A stretch of 63,006 nt of DNA, counting the filler, from Licmophora abbreviata (taxonomy: Eukaryota): NCBI GenBank assembly GCA_900291995.1. It is 8 parts of 8 records of this genome, joined end to end, with 100 filler letters (N's around TTAATTAATTAA, not from the genome) between each part and the next. Parts side by side here need not be neighbours in the genome. Positions count along the whole stretch, not along the records: positions 56,842 to 63,006 come from OLMU01000197.1; 7 more parts are not named here. The stretch is one strand, 5' to 3'. Position numbers and translations under genes: made by a program. Numbering within the stretch: the stretch's first letter is position 1; each line of letters opens with the position of its first letter. The notes beneath the pieces were generated by a model, which saw only the letters and a program-made list of their open reading frames with translations, had not been told where the DNA came from and made no database searches. Shown here piece by piece: positions 59,065 through 63,006 of this stretch.

Positions 59065-59725
59065 TGTCACTGGGCTTCTCGCTTCTCGCACTACAACTTT
59101 GTGAAGAGAGAATTGAATGACAACTCATCCCGTGGTCTGTCCGAAGTTCAACTTGGACTTGAAGTCTTTCGCTCGACACTTCCCAACGTATGAAGTCCTG
59201 ATATTTTCGATATTTCTCATAAAATGTCTCATCTTCAAATGAGAACAGCAACGCTGGAGCGTACCTTCTAAGGGCTGACGTACTTGGCAGAATCTGGAAT
59301 TTTGGTGAGACATGTTTTCAATCGTCGATGCTAACGCTATCATTGTCTACATGCAGGTCATATATAACAATCCTGTAGATGGCACAGTCCACATGTATCA
59401 TACCGATTTGTCATCTACTCGTATGTACAACAAATGAACATCTATCGGGCAACCTCAGATACAACAGGGCGAATGTAGCTCCAAATTATTAGAGATTCGT
59501 CCTTGGCTAGGCATTTTGCAAGAGTAGATTAAGCGTGCGGGACCGTGCAGACCGGGGCCCACAGCGCAATACGCGAACAAACAGGCGAGGATCAACTAGC
59601 TCTAGTATACGGTATAGTCTACAATCACTGCCCTGACGACGAAGCGGAGGTAGTTCATGGAAACCTGGCACGCGGACTACAGCCGGTTGGATCTAAGCGC
59701 AACCTTTCCTTTCGGCTGCCTCCCG

Positions 59726-61172
59726 CTACGAGTTTGGAAACTTGACACGGACGTCTTCTTCCGACAGGAATCCACTCGTAATATTCTGGATGTTTCCGTT
59801 GAACAGACGTCGTTCCCAAGATGTAATGTCAAAGTACAAGTACTGCGGCGCTCCGCTCGAGGAGTTTGCAACTCCGTCGGCTGGTCCTGCGAGCTTGAAC
59901 CACAGCTTCACATCTCCGTTATACCTCCACTCTCTCGTGTACAGCTCTTGAGCTGAGTACGCTTGTAGGGCGTCCTTCGGCAGCGCATAGAAGATGTAGA
60001 ATAATGTTTCCGGTTGGAACTTCGAAAAGTGCCCCGTCTTGAGATCTGGTGGTTGCATGTAATAACACATTGGAAGCTGTCGGGAAGAACAAATATATGA
60101 GCGTGATGTGTGAGAAGCATCTGTGTGGTGCGAGACTACGGAACGCCGACGACACGACTGCAGACGACCTCAGTACCTGGTAATGGGGCTCTTTCGATGT
60201 GAGATTCTCTGACCATGGACTTGCAAATGAGCTAAAAAGCTGCTCGCTTGTGTTCAGGTTAAGTCCCAAGACCGTAAGATCGGACCCCAATGCTAGTGAC
60301 TGCCGATCCGCATCTGTCATACGAATAACGCCCAGTAGGCCCAAGAGTCCAAAGTCGCCACTCAACGCCGAGCCTGCCCCAGAACCTGTCGCACCAGAGG
60401 GTCCCGATGACGCGGCCCCTGCAGCCGCCGACGACGGATTCCCAGGTCGTTGATGTCCTAACGAGGTTCCGGGGTTTGATCCCGTCCCTGTCAAGTTTCC
60501 AAGAGCACCTCCGAGGAGTCCGCTTCCTTCGAGTGGATTGCTGTTGCCCTCGATGTCATCGCCGTACAAGCCACCTCTCGACGAGAACCCCAAGCTTTCA
60601 GACGAAGCCCCTACGGTCGCACCGCCACCCAGAATTAATGGTGCATTCGCCGTCCCCGCTATGGATCCGTTGGCGTTCCCACCGCCGACAGGAGCGCCAG
60701 GTAGTGCTGGAAAATCCTCGGTTGCCATGTTAAAGTTAGCTCCTCCGTTGGCTCCCGGTCCCGAGGACATTGCGAGTCGGTAGAGATTGGAAGACTTATT
60801 AGCGCCATTACCGACTTGCAGCATCTGTGTTTGTGCCAATAACTGTTGCTGCTGTCGTAACGCTGCTGCTAGTCCATTGCCAGCAGCTGCACCGGCGGCG
60901 CCACCACCCAGACTAGGAAAGTCATTAATGTCGAAGGAAGTCCCAGTTGCCGGTGCGCCTGCTGAGTTTAGAGAGCCAACGTCATTTCCGTATCCGTTTC
61001 CGAGTCCTCCCGAAAACACACCTCCAGCACCTAGCAAAAGGTCTCCGACTCCAGCCGAGGACTGCGACTGAGAAAACATGCCCAAGTTGAGATAGTCCGT
61101 GCTGCCGCCTCCTCTACCTTCCGCAGATGTCACCGACGATCCTGAACTTGTTGATGTTGGTAAAGACTCCAT
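59726..61172 (-). CDS. NOT2: CCR4-NOT complex subunit NOT2 (~448 aa, 2 exons)
   Basis: Gly-rich N-terminus with DFPSL/EDFPALPG, FGLLGLL.VIR...LALGSDLT.LGLNLN...FASPW, and the NOT box ETLFYIFY..P.D..Q...A.ELY.REWRY. Intron 60077-60176. Confidence 0.92.
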
Positions 61173-62242
61173 CAGAGATTTCCCCTCACTGTCGCGTGTC
61201 TCTAAGTTGCGAGCATGATAGGGGAGGAAGAGGGGCAAGAGATCAGTACGTGAGCTAGTCGACTAGAGAATGACGAGGAAATCAGGGCCGCCAAGATACT
61301 GAATACTGCTTGGACATGCCGCAATTCGGAAAGTTGTACGGCCATCAATGAGAGCCCCGTCGTCTTCAGGGATGCAGGGGCCTTCTTCTGGACGTTTGCC
61401 TATCACTCCTCCCGCAGAACAAGGCCACCAAGTAAACCGACAAGGACTCCAACCCCCACCCGGGCACTACCAGCAGCGAGGTATGCTCTCTGTCGAGTAC
61501 CTGTACCAGCTTCTACGTGAATGTACGGACAGCGAGGTCTGCAGTGATGCCAACATTGAGGCCCAATCTTTGCTCAGGAAAAGCCTTTTCTATTCCAGCA
61601 AGCACACCTTCCACTCACACTTCCACTGCAGAGTTCCTCCGTCGCGTTGATTGATTCACAAACGGATCTCCGACGCCAAAGAAACAGACTTTTTCCCGCT
61701 CCAATGTCATCGAGCGGATCACAGCCACTCGCGGCAATATTCGTTCGTCCTCAGCCATGTAGGAACTGAAATGGAATGTGTAGGTTTCTACGATAAACTA
61801 CCATGTGTAGAAGCGTACTGAGAACTCCTGTACCTGAACAATTTCCTTGCTAAGATGTTCCTATCCTTAGCCCTATACCGGTACGCCTACATGGTGACGC
61901 ACAGTTGTTGACGACTACGGAGTACTCGTAGTACTGGAGTATGAAGCTACAAACTGAACACGGAAAGGGACTGCGGAGGCCCCTCCACACATAATTCGAT
62001 CAGAGTGCCCCACGCGCCATGAATGATCGTCCAAGGGCACTCTAGTAGGGCGTTAATCGTGTAGTTCTTAGCTTTTCATATATAGTTTTGGGGAGCATGG
62101 ATACAACAAGAGGCACAAGATAGCCGGCGCGACGTCGTCTTGGGCGGATGTAGCAGAGGAGCCCAGTCGTTCGTTACTGATGCAGAAACTTTGGCTTTTT
62201 CCTTCTTTTGGGGTGTGCTTGTACGCACATTCTTTTTTGTTG

Positions 62243-62269
62243 GTTGTTGTTGTTGTTGTTGTTGTTGTT
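62243..62269 (+). repeat. (GTT)9 microsatellite
   Basis: Nine perfect GTT copies, about 60 nt downstream of the stop of the 62327-62911 gene (CAA repeats in its likely 3' UTR). Confidence 0.9.
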
Positions 62270-62326
62270 GGAGTACGTACGGGGTCGACTGGCCGTCGCC
62301 AAGCGGTCGATCTGGCAACGACGCAA

Positions 62327-62911
62327 CTAAGTGAACTTGTTGGGCTGTTGGATGGGTCTGCACACGTGCTTGGACATCATTTTCTTGTTGACTCGGGTAG
62401 ATATACGCCTAGCTTCAGCCTTGGCGCGATTCCTGGAAGCGAGACTCGCGATGGCGAGATCGTGATGGTGATGCTGGAAGGGAACAATCTTATCCTCGTC
62501 AACCTTGTTTTTGTTGCTGCGAACAGCAGGTTTGATTAGATGGACTTCACGGGCAGGGAGTGGTTTGCCACATAGACCCATCTTGCGACGGGCTTCCCAG
62601 CGCGTCTTGATGTGAGAGAAATCGCTCCTGGCCTGCTCTTCCATATCTTCGAGTAAGGCCAATCTGACCATTGTGTTGACGAAAGACTCAGTAGCCTCCA
62701 TTTCGGCTACCTCCAGAGCGGACGGAGGGAACTGCTCGTCAAGCGCTTCGTCCGATATGCCGTGGAGGACGTGCGATTCGGAATCGTGCCCCACGACACT
62801 CATCATAGGAACGCCGTTGTTGTAGATGGCGATCTCAAAGTCTGGCGTGCCATAGGAGTCGGCAGCGTGCGGGTGAAAGCTTGCAGCAAGAGGTGAGAGG
62901 ACAGAGGTCAT
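62327..62911 (-). CDS. PAM2-motif protein, ERD15/CID-like (194 aa)
   Basis: N-terminal SVLSPLAASFHP fits the PAM2 pattern (L.p.A..F.P), followed by an acidic middle and a basic C-terminus ending RPIQQPNKFT. Confidence 0.62.
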   Translation of the reverse strand: MTSVLSPLAASFHPHAADSYGTPDFEIAIYNNGVPMMSVVGHDSESHVLHGISDEALDEQFPPSALEVAEMEATESFVNTMVRLALLEDMEEQARSDFSHIKTRWEARRKMGLCGKPLPAREVHLIKPAVRSNKNKVDEDKIVPFQHHHHDLAIASLASRNRAKAEARRISTRVNKKMMSKHVCRPIQQPNKFT

Positions 62912-63006
62912 TTTCGGCCTGAGTAGAGGTAAGAAAATAGGGCGTGACTATGGATAGAATGAGAAGCTGAGAACAGAAGATGACACGGTGTCATCGAAGC
63001 ATCGAA

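Noticed and set aside
61348..61650. 100-aa plus-strand ORF divergent from NOT2
   Set aside because: No recognisable motif and it may be promoter or UTR sequence; it cannot be supported without transcript data.
62076..62363. Poly-Q / poly-C / poly-V ORFs
   Set aside because: They are translations of the (GTT)9 microsatellite in a probable 3' UTR.
34073..62911. mRNA-decay cluster (NOT3, TOP3B, NOT2, PAM2 protein)
   Set aside because: Spread over about 29 kb with two gaps and many unrelated genes; coincidence cannot be excluded without synteny data.

Overview
Gene-dense, intron-containing eukaryotic nuclear DNA, almost certainly from a diatom. The evidence is a fucoxanthin-chlorophyll light-harvesting gene with an exact ASAFAP plastid-targeting motif, other bipartite presequences, and a silicanin-like protein. 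The window is a scaffold joined by seven artificial 100-nt spacers (N44-TTAATTAATTAA-N44), several of which split genes. I resolved about 28 protein-coding genes by manual splicing: RING protein (partial), F-box+tubby, GET2/CAML-like, MCM4, SAS10/UTP3, DA1-like peptidase, divergent HPPD, alpha/beta hydrolase, mL53 (absent from the ORF track), ankyrin protein, DGDG synthase, VAC14, CSN5, NOT3, PP2C, silicanin-like, LHC/FCP, PWWP-like (partial), TOP3B, RPN5, F-box protein, VAMP7, mitochondrial SHMT, NOT2, a PAM2/ERD15-like protein and several hypotheticals. I found no rRNA, tRNA, CRISPR array or transposon. The best leads are: a multi-pass silicanin-like protein; a strongly enriched non-coding palindrome TACC(W)GGTA; a structured GC-AG intron in SHMT; candidate diatom counterparts of GET2/CAML, DA1, ERD15 and F-box-tubby; and a likely plastid-targeted HPPD with extra segments. 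Family calls come from motif recognition only; no searches were run.
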